NCBI RefSeq assembly: GCF_030144855.1
Contig: NC_082722.1
Location: 1,612,001 to 1,676,000 of the forward strand
Reading direction: 5' to 3'
Source: Hypanus sabinus
Taxonomy: Eukaryota
Length of the DNA stretch: 64,000 bases
Under the pieces are notes generated by a model. That model saw only the letters and a program-made list of their open reading frames with translations. It was not told the DNA's origin and made no database searches. How positions within the stretch are numbered: the stretch's first letter is position 1; each line of letters begins with the position of its first letter. The position numbers were made by a program, and so were the translations under genes. This document shows positions 34,301 to 46,109 of this stretch, piece by piece.

Positions 34301-36768
34301 GATAACTGAGATTTGCGGATTTACCATTGTCGCTGTTGATGAAAATGTAAATGGCTGGAGCAGAAGCGTGGAGGGTGACGTGAGATACCAGACAAGTGTA
34401 GACTGTCCCGGATGGCACAGCCTGTGTCACTGACAATCTGCTGGAAGCTTCATAGAGCCCATCCGAAGTGGGCTTGGGAACAGTCGAACCGGTTGTAATT
34501 CTGGTGCCATCTTTCTACCAGGTGAAACTGATATTCATTGGGTAAAAAGGAGATGCTGTGCACAGAAGAGCCAAGGTTTCCGTTTTCTCCGAATCTCCGG
34601 AGTAAATTTTCAGCGGAGCTGGAGGAACTAAGAGATGGTGGAATATACGAATGAATGGTTGTTTACGGTTAGCTACGATCAGCGTTCGATTTTATTAACA
34701 TAAAAGCCAGAAGTTTAAGATTACATTTGCAGGAATTTAAGTTGCAATGGAGGAAAATAGTGCTGGATAACTAACGGAGAAAATCGTCGATCATATGGGA
34801 TCAGAGGCATCAGTACTTAAAGGGCTCCAGAATTTAACGTTGTAATGAATGATTATGTACGAATTTATTAGCCAAATTTCAATTAATGTCGTTGAATACT
34901 CTTACTTTATATAGTCAACTTGTGCCGCGACGATTAATACTGTTAACAGACATTGTACAACAGACAATATCGCAATCGCAAGTTCGCATCAACTGAATCG
35001 CCTCTAATGTACCTACCCAACACAACTAAAGTCGACCCGGTTCCGTTGCCACCCATTCTGCCCTGATGGACGATGGTACAATAATAGACTTCCACTTGTT
35101 TTCAAATAAAGACCGTCCATTCCCTCCGGACATTAAACAAAACCAGATTTTGTTCCTTTTCGCGTCTTGTGGCACCTTTAGCATCTGTCAGTTCTCAACC
35201 TAACACGGATGGAAAGCACAGGGTTCCGACTGGATTCTAACCTGGGATCGAGGTCCGGAGCTGATGCCACCTCATCACCGGCCGTCAACACCAGTGTGTC
35301 TTAGGTTTAATATATTATATAAATCGGAGAAATTTTAAGAATAATTTAATCAAGACACTAAACGCATTGCATTTTATGCTGGAGAAGGCAGCTTCCAAAT
35401 AAATTGTAAAAAGCTTATTTTGTATGTATTTAATAAGAACCTATTAGCGGTCACAGGGAAACCCAGCGAAAACGATTAAATGCGGGGATGGTTTAAAATT
35501 TGTTTATAGTTACCCGACTTTTTATGATAGTTGAGATCCATTGTCTCACCTGTGCTGTAGTTGATGACGACGTAAGTGGCTAGAGCAGAAACCTGGAGGG
35601 TGACGTGAGATACCAGACAAGTGTAGACTGTCCCGGTTGGCACAGCCTGCGTCACTGACAATCTGCTGGAAGCTTCATAGAGCCCATCCGAAGTGCGGTT
35701 GGGAACAGTCGGATCGGTTGGAATTCTGGTGCCATCTTTATACCAGCTGAAACTGATATTCATTGGGTAAAAAGGAGATGCAGTGCACAGAAGAGCCAAG
35801 GTTTCCGTTTTCTCTGGATCTCCGGAGTAAATTTTCAGCGAAGCTGGAGGAACTAAGAGATGGTGGAATATACGAATGAATGGTTGTTTACGGTTAGCTG
35901 TATATTCTCAGCAATATCAGCGTTCGATGCTATTAACATAAAAGGCAAACATTTAAGATTACAACGGCAGGAATTTAAGTTGCAATGGAGGAAAGTAGTG
36001 CTCGATAACTGTGACGGAGAAAATCGTCGATCAGTGGCGGCTGTACTTTAATTTCCCGCAACTTAAAGGGCTCCGGAATTTAACGTTGAAAAATGAATAC
36101 ATTAGCCAGATTTTAATTAATGTCGTTGAATACTCTTGTTTTATGTAGTCAACGCGTGCCGCTACGATCAATACTGTTATTCTATTTAAGAGACATTGTA
36201 CAAAAGACAATATCGCAGTTGCAAGTTCGCATCAGCTGAATCACCTCTAATGTACCTACCCAAAACAACTAAAGTCGACCCGGTTCCGTTGCCAACCATT
36301 CTGCCCTGATGGGCGATGGTACAATAATAGACTCCCGCATCTTGCGGACGCACGTTGACTATCTGCAGGAAGCCGCTGAATTTAGTACTGAAGTCGGCCA
36401 ATTTTCTGGCGTCATGGTCTGGGTTGATATATCTATTTTCACCCTTTTTCCACCAATATATGTCAACGCGGGGACCCTCCGGAAAGGAGGAAAGGGAACA
36501 GTCAAAGGAAACGTTTTCACCCTTGACGATGTTGGCGATTGTAGGGACTTGTGTTACGTCGACAGAAGATTCAACTGACCCTAAATTAAAGAAAGACAAA
36601 TACGAATCAGTAAGAGACATTATAAGCAGTGTATACAATTGTAAAGACAAACAAGGACAAACAGAGAGAGATATCCAACAACTTTCATTCTGAAGAATGG
36701 GGAAGCCATTTACCTGTAAAATATATCATCCAAAGAAACAGACAGTGAGGTCCCACGCTGACCAGCAT
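31273..36768 (-). CDS. Five-exon IgSF membrane receptor gene, L-V(J)-C1-TM(Arg)-tail, 285 aa; SIRP/NKp30/VJ-C1-like
   Basis: Join of 36768-36714, 36580-36260, 35852-35550, 32403-32318, 31365-31273 = 858 nt in one open frame; all introns GT-AG; phases 1,1,1,0. The last exon is the least certain. Confidence 0.85.
32318..32403 (-). CDS. Exon 4: transmembrane exon [29 protein letters not shown]
   Basis: Acceptor tcctttgttctag|; phase matches C1; 22-aa hydrophobic span with one Arg; basic stop-transfer; donor AAG|GTAATA. Confidence 0.8.
34325..35095 (-). pseudogene. Duplicated cassette: V 3' end (35017-35095), V-C1 intron, C1b exon (34325-34627) with in-frame TAG
   Basis: [24 protein letters not shown]; C1b differs from C1a at 26 of 303 nt by hand count; TAT(Tyr) is TAG at 34515-34517; both splice sites intact. 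Confidence 0.92.
35550..35852 (-). CDS. Exon 3: C1-set Ig domain (C1a)
   Basis: [21 protein letters not shown]…[10 protein letters not shown]; acceptor ctcttag|, donor G|GTGAGA; 303 nt. Confidence 0.95.
36260..36580 (-). CDS. Exon 2: V-set Ig domain with fused J-like G strand
   Basis: SFDC…IYWWK…DAGVYYC…[11 protein letters not shown]; acceptor tttaatttag|, donor G|GTAGGT; 321 nt. Confidence 0.95.
36714..36768 (-). CDS. Exon 1: signal peptide [18 protein letters not shown](G)
   Basis: ATG with A at -3; hydrophobic core; phase-1 donor G|GTAAAT. Confidence 0.85.
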
Positions 36769-36950
36769 TCTGGTACAAGTGATCACAGGGAGTGCGCAGT
36801 CGCGAACTGTTTCTCTCGTTGAACTGCCACAGGGTGTGCTGCGTCAGTCTTTCCGCGAAAGTAGTGCAACTTCTGATCAATATGTGGTGAGATTTACGTT
36901 CATTTGCGCTTATGCGAACAGCAGCGCCATCATCTTCGAAACCGATTATG
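36769..36950 (-). promoter_or_regulatory. Candidate proximal promoter of the IgSF gene
   Basis: CRE-like TGACGCA (36840-36846), RUNX-type TGTGGT (36883-36888) and TGTGGC (36826-36831); CpG-rich; short motifs only. Confidence 0.3.
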
Positions 36951-38149
36951 TTTTTAGATTTTAGTGCAATTTCACTGGCTTAATTAACTCGCCGCTGCCT
37001 GCAACCTCACCTCACCGTCTCCTCACTCATTCCTACGTGTCCACTCACGTTGTCACATCACTTCGCCCCGCCGCCAGACACTCTTTTAACATCAACTTAA
37101 CCTACCCTTCTTCGACTCACTGTCTGTTTCCTCGAGAAACTTCCACCCTTGCCACACTTGCATCCGACAACAAAACGAACTATGGCGAAGACACCAAAGC
37201 TCTAATAGCTTTTGGCAACTTCCATGCCCTTTGTACATTATTCTCTTGATTTCTCAGACAGGATGGCAAAATTGCCTGAGGCAGAGGAAGTTGTTGATTT
37301 CACAGTGTCCAAGATTTGTGCTAAGGTTCAGGGCCTCTTTGTCGGAGGATTGCGTTATCTTAAGTGAAGTTTCTTCCAAAGACGCGAAACCATTTCTGAT
37401 GATACGGTTGAGATGCATTAAGCCATGGTATCGCAGAGGAACAGCAGAATCGTTACCATCTTCCTTAAGTGAGCGAATCATGCGCAATTCACCAAAATTT
37501 TGTCTGGAGACTGATTTGAGTTTAACAGGGAACAGGTAGAAATTAGTTTACGACCAGTGTTTCGTTTATTTTGTGTAAGTTCCCCCAAACCATTAATCGT
37601 TTAATGAAATTCAGAGGCTTTGATTAATTCTACTTCCCTTTTTTCTGCATTTCTGCTTTCCTGAACGCTGAAAATCTTCCTGTATTCCGCACGCCTTATC
37701 AAATTACTGGATAACATTTAGTGAAATAATCTGACCGGCTTTGATGAGGCAGGGTGGAACAGAGAACTTGATTTGTTGACTGGATGGCTGTAGTTTCGGA
37801 CGCTTTGGGATGATTCAATGAATACTTGGGAACACACATATTGCAGGTTTTGTTTTAACCGGAGGCAGTGTTTATTTTGAGCGAGGAGGCGCACACAGGC
37901 GCACACACGTCCAAAATTTTGGCGAATTTTGTTATATATGGACATAAGTGGAAGGCAGTTCTGTCCTGTATGGATTAAAGAACTTAAACGTCAGAGACCA
38001 AGTCTCACCGAATCCTATTCCATGGAGATCTGCCTCCGTAGTCTGTTGGCATTTTGGTGAGTGGGACACAACTTTCAGTGGTTAATAAATTTCTTTTGAT
38101 GAAATAATATTTGTTTCAGTTCGCGTGGGATACAGATACATTTCTATCG

Positions 38150-38430
38150 CATGGAGACATAGCTAATTATATTCGTGATTGGCTCGATGGTTGGAAGCAG
38201 AGCCGTCACGGTTGAAGGTTGCCTCGGACCGGAGGCTTATGACTAGAGGCGTACCACAAGGGCAAGTGCAGCAGCTTTTGCTGTTCATTATTTATATAAA
38301 TGATTTGCATGTGAATGCATGAGGTATGGCGATAAGGTTTCAAATCATATTAAAATATCGTAAACTACGAAGAGAGTAATGACCAATTGTAGGAAAATTT
38401 CGGTCAGTTACGTCAGTGGGCACAAAATAA
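38150..38430 (+). mobile_element. Degraded CR1 RT fragment
   Basis: gcttatgactagaggcgtaccacaaggg…tttatataaatgattt (remnant of GVPQG…LF..YINDL). Confidence 0.65.
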
Positions 38431-39544
38431 GCAAATGCTTACTGATTCCGTCTGGTTCGCCTCCATCTTGATTGCATGAACATCGATTTCTGCAACGTCC
38501 AGGACTTTTTCTCTTTCCATTCTCTCTTCTTCATTTTCCCAGTTTCGGGGTGGGGGGAATTTGAACAAAATTAAATATTAACATTTCAATTCCATGCATA
38601 TGTATTGTTTTCTAACTGAGTGTTTCTGAGTGCTTTGGTAAAAATAAATACAATTCATAGCCAAAAAGTTGAAATTCAGTGTCCTCATCTGAGTCAAAAC
38701 GAGTTTTTATCCGGCTAAGACAAAAAACGGAATTTAATTTATGCTGCAATAAACTACATTGAACTGAATGCAATAGTCTGGAATTATTTCGACCGTACAT
38801 TAAGGCACAATTAAACATACGGGTCAATGCTTTTTGTAAGATTGGCTTTGACGTGAAGCAGTAAGAAACCATGTTTTTGTTTGGAAAAAACTGTAAAATT
38901 CATAACTATAGCTTGATTCATTCTATTCAACTTCAGATTAATAAATTGACGTTCTCGAGGCTTTAAAAGACAAAATAGTGTAAAATAAACGATTTAATGC
39001 GATGTCCTTCTCACACTTCATTGTTTCAAAATTTGCCAATGTATATAATTACGAAAAAAAAACTTTTCTATCGACATTTATGTCGTAAATGTCCGATTTT
39101 AAATGATGTTCTTTAGAATATGAGTGATTGGCCTGTTGTAACACTGCAGGTAAGCTACTTTGGATCCTGATCTTTTAGTTTTGGACAGACGGCGGGGCAT
39201 TCGGGACGTGGGTGTTGTGAAAAAAGACCCATGAATCTAGGAGGATCGGCCGATCCAAGTGCAAAGAGAAGAAAGACGGTAACGTTACTGTGCCAGGATG
39301 CTGGAAGAATATTGAGCGACTATATACCGTTGAAGGCCGAGTACTAGTCCTGACGGTACACTGATATGATCTGCCTATAAAATGCCACAGGTCCGATCTT
39401 TTTCAAAGCAGGTACCTGTTTGGTGCCTACGTTACTAGATCGAAGGCATATAATATGAAACTGTGTGACTTGCGCTTTTTAACTTCTTAAGAATAAAAGT
39501 GAGGGGAAGGAAGGCGCAGCATCTGCCTGTAAGTATCATTGGGA

Positions 39545-39740
39545 ACATCCAGCCTTCACATCACAATACACACAAAATGCTGGTGGAACACAGCAGGCCA
39601 GGCAGCATCTAGAAGGCTCTCGGCCCGAAACGTCGACAGTGCTTCTCCCTTTAGATGCTGCCTGGCCTGTTGTGTTCCACCAGCATTTTGTGTGTGATGC
39701 TCGAATTTCCAGCATCTGCAGATTTCCTCGTGTTTTCACT
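39545..39740. repeat. Miniature inverted PLE end (43-bp stem hairpin)
   Basis: 39569-39611 and 39652-39694 are reverse complements with one mismatch; the loop holds the 3' half of the hammerhead motif. Confidence 0.85.
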
Positions 39741-40611
39741 TCACAATGTTTGCTGAAGGGCAGTTTCCTACAGCTCAGTTGCTGGAGAACTGGCAGTCTA
39801 AAACAGTTTTAAAACCATCAGTTCCCAACCTGGCTGAATCAAGTTATGTGTTTATCACTTATGTTTACCTCATAACCGATGCGGCAGGATTCAACATTGA
39901 ATATACAGCAAAGCGTCAGAGAAAAATGATACCGAATCGTTCTCTCACACAGTTAATTGCCATATCACAATGCGCAAGCACTATATAATCCTGCGCTTGA
40001 GCACTTAATGGAAGCAAAGGTAATCGCACGTGTACCACAACTGAGTGAGTACCAGAGCATTAGCCATAATTCTAGGTAATTCATCTGGTTCCGAATTCGC
40101 GGTGAAGAGATTTCTCCGTGGATTAGAACAGTTTTACGCAATATCCACTGTAAGTTTCGTTGGGAAAGTAGTCGGTCTCACATATGCAGGAAGGGACCTA
40201 TCTCCTGTAGGTTTCACGTCCTCAGATACAGTATATCGGCATTTACCATTGAGAATTAGCAGATGGAAGGTAGATCTGAAACCAGCGTCCAGTACGCTCC
40301 CCATCTGTTGCCAGAAACCCAGATTGATGTTCAAGGGATAAAGAGTAAAGCAATGTTAGTGTTAGGTATACTTCTGAGGGAAAGAGTAGAGTGAAGACAG
40401 ATTATTGAAACATTCCAGTTGTAAGCCCAGCCTATCCTTGCACGATATTAATCCAGCTTGAGCGCGTGTATTCACAAAACGTATCAGTTTTCATTCGAAC
40501 CTACGTTGGAGACCCGTTGCCCATAACTAAAGCGACAAATTAATTGCTGTTCTCAAGGACTTCATATCGCTGCGCCCACTAATGCGTACGTAAGCTTGAT
40601 CTGGAATAAAT

Positions 40612-40754
40612 NNNNNNNNNNNNNNNNNNNNNNNNNNNNNNNNNNNNNNNNNNNNNNNNNNNNNNNNNNNNNNNNNNNNNNNNNNNNNNNNNNNNNNNNN
40701 NNNNNNNNNNNNNNNNNNNNNNNNNNNNNNNNNNNNNNNNNNNNNNNNNNNNNN
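40612..40754. other. Assembly gap (143 N)
   Basis: N run. Confidence 1.
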
Positions 40755-41069
40755 AGAGATAGCGAGAGAAGGCGTTAACGTTGCAAAATGTGCAGGAAGT
40801 ATGCTGACTCTGAAACGTTAATAATAAAATGAAAAAAAAATCTGCAAACAAATACATTCAAGAGACATGCTAATTTTTCTTAACATCCTTCACTCTCTTT
40901 TAGGGGGCATTCCACTACATCACATGTGTGTCTGTGAGCGAGAGAGACAAACAGAATTAAATATATCATGCATAGAGATCAAAATGTAATGCAGGTGGTC
41001 TAATCTTGTAGTTACTGTTCTTATTCCCTACAAATTAAGAAGAATGTTAAAGGCTTGGCCAGAGAGAAA

Positions 41070-44000
41070 CCAGAAAATATTACTCCATTCTGAAGTCGTG
41101 GATGGTGGTGTGGGGATGAGGAGCCAGAAGTTTTGCTACATGTTGGAACTAGAGAGTCAGGTAGGAAACGTGAGGAAGTCTTGAAGAGAGAATTTATGGT
41201 GTTAAGAGTACCCCCAGGGTAGTAATCTCTGGATTGTGCCTGTGCCACGCTCCAGTGAGGGCATGGAATGGCAGATAAATTCATGGCTGTGGAACTGGTG
41301 CTAGGGTCAGGATTAAAGATTATTGGATGTTTGGGACGTCTTCTATGGTAGGTTTGACCTGTATATACCTCGCAGGCAGGTTTGCAAGAAATGTTGGGGA
41401 GGGTATAAACTGATGTGGCAATGGGGATAGGAAACAGTGATAGAACAGTTACAACAGAGGCAGGGTGTAGAGAGATTGTCAGGAAGGACATGGTTATGTG
41501 AGGTTAGAGTTGCAGGTAGTGGGATGAGTTGCTGTGCAACAGGGGGACACAATATAAAAAGCTGACGAATCCAGAACTGAAGCTGTTATACCTGAGTACA
41601 CAGAGTATACACGATAAGAGAGATAATCATGTAGCACAGTTACAGATTGGGATGTATGACGTTGTTGACATCACTGAGTCGTGACTGAACGAGCGTAATA
41701 GCTGGAAGCTTAGCATCCAAAGAACACATTGTATTGAAAGGACAGGGAAGTGAGCAAAGGATTCAGCTTAATTCTGTAAAAAATGAAATTAAATTCTTTG
41801 GAAGAGATGACATAAGACAGGAAGGTGTAGAATTATTGTGATTAGAGTTAAGGAACTGCAAGGATAAAAAAGACTCAGATGGGTGCTATATACAGGCCTT
41901 AGAACAGTAGCAAGGATGTGACTTCTGAATTATACCTGAGGGGGGAATTAGAAAAATGCATGTCAAAAGGACAATGCTACGTTATTCATCGGGGCCATAA
42001 TTATACAGGTAGAGTCGGAAGATCAGGTTGGGATGCCAAGAGAGAGAATTTGTAGAATGACTTTGAGATGGCGTGTTAGATCAGCTTTCAGTGGAGTCCA
42101 CTAACGGATCAGCTCTGCCGGATTGGGTGTTGAGTATTACCGTAAATTGGGTTTGATTAGGGTGCTTGAGGTAAAGGCATCCTTAGTAGGCAGCGATTTT
42201 AATATGATTAAATTTCATCCAGCATTTGAGAGGGAAAAATTAGAGTCAGTATTACAGCACAGTAAAGAGAACTGGAGATCAATGAGAGAGGAGTTTACCA
42301 AAGTTGGCGGGTAGGAGACATGAGCAGGATGACCACAGACAGGAATGGGTGAGTTTCTGGGAGCAATTTGGATGGCGCAATGATATTCTGAAGAAGAAGT
42401 AATATTCCAAAGGTAGGGTGACACAACAGTCTCTGACAAGGGAAACCAGTGTCAGCATGAGAGCTAAAGGGAGGAGATATAATCGAGCACGTAAGTAGGA
42501 GGTTAGAGGATTGGAAGCTGTTAAAAATCCAATAGAAGGCAACGAAAAAGTCATAACGAGCACAAAGATGAAATAATTGAGGTATGCTAGCTAATAACAT
42601 CAAATAAGATGCCCTAAATCTTCCTTTTTTTCCCGAGTTATAAAGAGCAAATGAAAGGCGAGAATAAAGATCAGGTCGCTGAACAAGTGACAGTGGACAG
42701 GTAGTAATGGGGGAGAAGGGCATGAGGAAGAACTGAGTAAGTATTTTGCACCAATCTTCACTCTGCTGAACACTAGTATTATTGCGGATATTTGAGAGTA
42801 TCAGGGAGAAGAAATGAGTGCAGTTGCTATTACTAAGGGGAATATAATCGGGAAGCTGAAAGGTCTGATGGTAGATAAGTCACTGGATCAGATGGACTAC
42901 ACCAATGTGTTCACAAAAAAAGTTGCTGAAGAGAATGTGGAGTCATTAGAAATGGTCTTTCAAGAATCACTAAATTCTCGAATGGTTCTGGAGGACGGGA
43001 AAATTGTAAGTGTTTGTGCAGCCTTCGAGAAGGAAAGGAAGAAGAATAACTGTAAAAGGGCTGGATGGCTTGGAGTTTGTGGATGTTTTTTGCAGCAATG
43101 CATAAGGTACCAACAAGAGAAGGGACAGTGTTGGATCTCCTGTTAGGGAATGATATTGGTCAGGTGACGCAGGCATGTGTTGGGGAACACTTCAGGTCCT
43201 GTGATCACAATGCCATTAGTTTCAATATAATTATGGGGAAGGATAGGTCTGGACTCAGGGTTGAGATTTTTGATTGAAGAAAGGCTAACTTTGAGGAGAT
43301 GCGAAAGGATTTAGAAGAGGTGGATTGGAACAACTTGTTTTATGGGAAGGATGTAATAGAGAAATGGGGGTGATTTAAAGCTGTAATTTTGAGGGTACAG
43401 AATCTTGATGTTCCTGTTTGGTTGAAAGGAAAGGTTAAAAGTTTGAGAGAGCCATGTTTTTCAAGGGATATTGGAAACTTGTTTCGGAAAAATAGAGAGA
43501 TCTACAATAAATATAGGCAGCATGGAGTAAATGAGGTGCTCGAGGAATAAAAAGAATGCAAAAAGAATCTCAACAAAGAAATTAGAAAAGCTAAAAGAAG
43601 ATATGAAGTTGCTTTGGCAAGTAAGGTGAAAATAAATCCAAAGGGTTTCTATAGTTATATTAATAGCAAAGTGATATTGAGGGATAAAATTTGTCACTTA
43701 GATAATCAGAGTGGACAGCTATATGTGAAGCCAAAAGCGATGGGGGAGATTTTGAACAATTTCTTTTCTTCTGTATTCACTAAGGAGAAAGATATTGAAT
43801 TGTGTAAGGTAAGGGAAACAAGTAGGGTAGTTATGGAAACTATGATGATAAAAGAAGAGGAAGTATTGCCGCGTTAAAATAATATAAAACTGAATAAGTC
43901 TCTCAATCCTGACAGGGTATTCCCTAGGACCTTGAGGGAAGTTAATGTGGAAATAGCAGGGGCTCTGACAGAAATATTTCAAATGTCATTAGAAACAGGG

Positions 44001-46100
44001 TTGGTGCCGGAGAATTGGCCTATTGCTCATGTGTTTCCATTGTTTAAAAAGTGTTCTAAGAGTAAACCTAGCAATTATAGGCCTGTATGTTTGACATCAG
44101 TGGTGGGTAAATTAATGGAAAGTATTCTTAGAGATGGTGTATATAATTATCTGGATAGACAGGGTCTGAATAGGAACAGTCAGATTTGTACGTAGAAGGA
44201 CATGTTTGACAATTCTTATTGGACTTTCTGAAGAGGTCACTGGGAAAGTTGACGAGGTTAATATAGTGGATGTTGTCTATATGGACTTCAGTAAGGCCTT
44301 TGACAAGGCTCCACACGGAAGGTCAGTTGAGAAGGTTCAATCGTTAGGTATTAATATTGAAGTAGTAAAATGGATTTAACAGTGTCTGGATGGGAGATTC
44401 CAGAGAGTAGTGGTGGATAACTGTTTGTCAAGTTGGAGGCCGGTGACTAGTTGTGTGCCTCTGGAACCTGTACTGGGTCCAATGTTGTTTGCCATATACA
44501 TTAATGATCTGGATGATGGGGTGGTAAATTGGATTAGTAAGAATGGAGATGATATTAAGATAAGTGGCGTTGTGGATAATGAAGTAGGTTTTCAAGGTTT
44601 GCAGAGAGATGTAGGCCAGTTAGAAGTATGGGCTGAAAGATGGCAGATGGAGTTTAATGCTGATAAGTGTGAGGACTAATCAAGATAGGACATACATGGT
44701 TAATGGCAGGGCATTGAGGAATGCAGTAGAACAGAGTGATCTAGGAATAATGTTGCATAGTTCCCTGAAGGTGAAGGTGAAATCTCATCTCATGTGGATA
44801 GGATGGTGAAGAAAGCTTTTAGTATGCTGGAGTTGGGATGTAATGTTAAAATTGTACAAGGCATTGGTAAAGCCAAATTTGGAGTATTGTATACAGTTCT
44901 GGTCACTGAATTATAGGAAAGATGTCAAAATTAGAGAGAGTACAGAGGAGATTTACCAGAATGTTACCTGGGTTTCAGCACCTAAGTTACAGAGAAAGGT
45001 TGAACAAGTTAGGTCTTTATTCTTTGGAGCTAGAAGATTGATGGGGGACTTGATAGAGGTATTTAAAATTATAAGGGTGATAGATAGAGTTGACGTGGAT
45101 AGGCTTTTTCCGTTGAGAGTAGCGGAAATTCAAACAAAAGGACATGAGTTGAGATTTAAGGGGCGAAAGTTTAGGGGTAACACGAGGGGGAACTTCTTTA
45201 TTCTGAGAGTGGTAGCTGTGTGGAACGAGCTTCCAGTAAAAGTGGCAGGGGCGGGTTCGATATTGTCATTTAAAAAATATGGATAGGTATATGGATAGGA
45301 AAGAAATGGAGGGTTATGCTCTGAGTGCAGGTCGGTGGGACTAGGTGAGAGTAAGCGTTCGGCACGGACTAGAAGGGCTGAGATAACCAGTTTCCGTGCT
45401 GTAATTGTTATATGGTAATATGGTTATAAGAACTGAAGTTATAGGAGCGTTAACCTGGCTTCAGTGGTTCAAAACATGTTGGAGTCGATTGAATGCGTAG
45501 GGGTATTTGGCTGCACATGATTAAAAAAAGTTCCAAAGTCGGCATGGTTTCGTTAAGGGAAAATCTTGGCAGCCAAATCTGTTGGAATTATTGAGAGAAT
45601 AAGAAGCAGGATGGACAAAGAAGAATCGGTGGATGTTGTGTATTTGGATTTTCAAAAGGCCTTTGTCAACGTGTCCTGTATGAGGTTGCTTAGCAAGTTA
45701 AGCGGCCATGCTATTGCATCAAAGCTAATTGCATGGATAGAGAATTGTTTGTTTCTGATTGGCTGCTGCTGACTAGTCGTGTTCCGCAGGTTTCTGTATT
45801 GACTTTTGATGTCAATGATCTAGATGCTTGTATTCACGGCTTTTTGGCCAAGTTTGCGGGTGATACGAAGATAGGTCGAGGGGCTAGTAGTGTTGCGGAA
45901 GTAGGAAGTGTGCAGAATGACTTAGACAGATCAGGGGAATAGGAAAAGAAGTGGCGGATGGAATACAGTGTCGGGAAGCGTACGGTGATACACATTGACA
46001 GAAGGAACAAAAGCTTATACTATTTTCTAGATCGGAAAGAAAATTCAAAACTCTTAGCTGCAAAGAGACTTGGGAGTCCACGAACAGGATTTGACAAAGA
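41070..46100 (+). mobile_element. Older degraded CR1 (about 41070-43065 and 45565-46100), split by a younger CR1
   Basis: ORF1 and endonuclease remnants; VDVVYLDFQKAF and KFAGDTKIG resume at 45.6 kb. Confidence 0.8.
43066..45425 (+). mobile_element. Younger 5'-truncated CR1, same family as 8117-10857
   Basis: CVGEHFRSCDHNAISF, NYRPVCLTSVVGKLMESIL, RGNFFILRVVAVWNEL; tail ttatatggtaatatggttat. Confidence 0.9.
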
Positions 46101-46109
46101 TTAAGTTGC

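Noticed and set aside
34325-34627. Functional second C1 domain (V-C1-C1 SIRP layout)
   Set aside because: In-frame TAG at 34515-34517 in this assembly; kept only as a possible allelic state.
35550-36768. Germline-joined Ig light-chain gene
   Set aside because: The J-like motif lacks the F/W of FGxG, the C1 exon ends in a phase-1 donor rather than a terminal Cys and stop, and an in-phase TM exon exists.
36900-36915. GCGCAAAT as an Ig-promoter octamer
   Set aside because: Two mismatches to ATGCAAAT; not distinguishable from chance.
37258-37535. Acceptor/donor-bounded 278-nt segment that looked vaguely like a CARD/death-fold exon
   Set aside because: Four in-frame stops in 92 codons is about random expectation, and no diagnostic motif is present.
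40211-40270. Plus-strand mini-exon containing ITIM/ITSM-like TVYRHL
   Set aside because: No plus-strand Ig or TM exons nearby; six-residue matches are common by chance.
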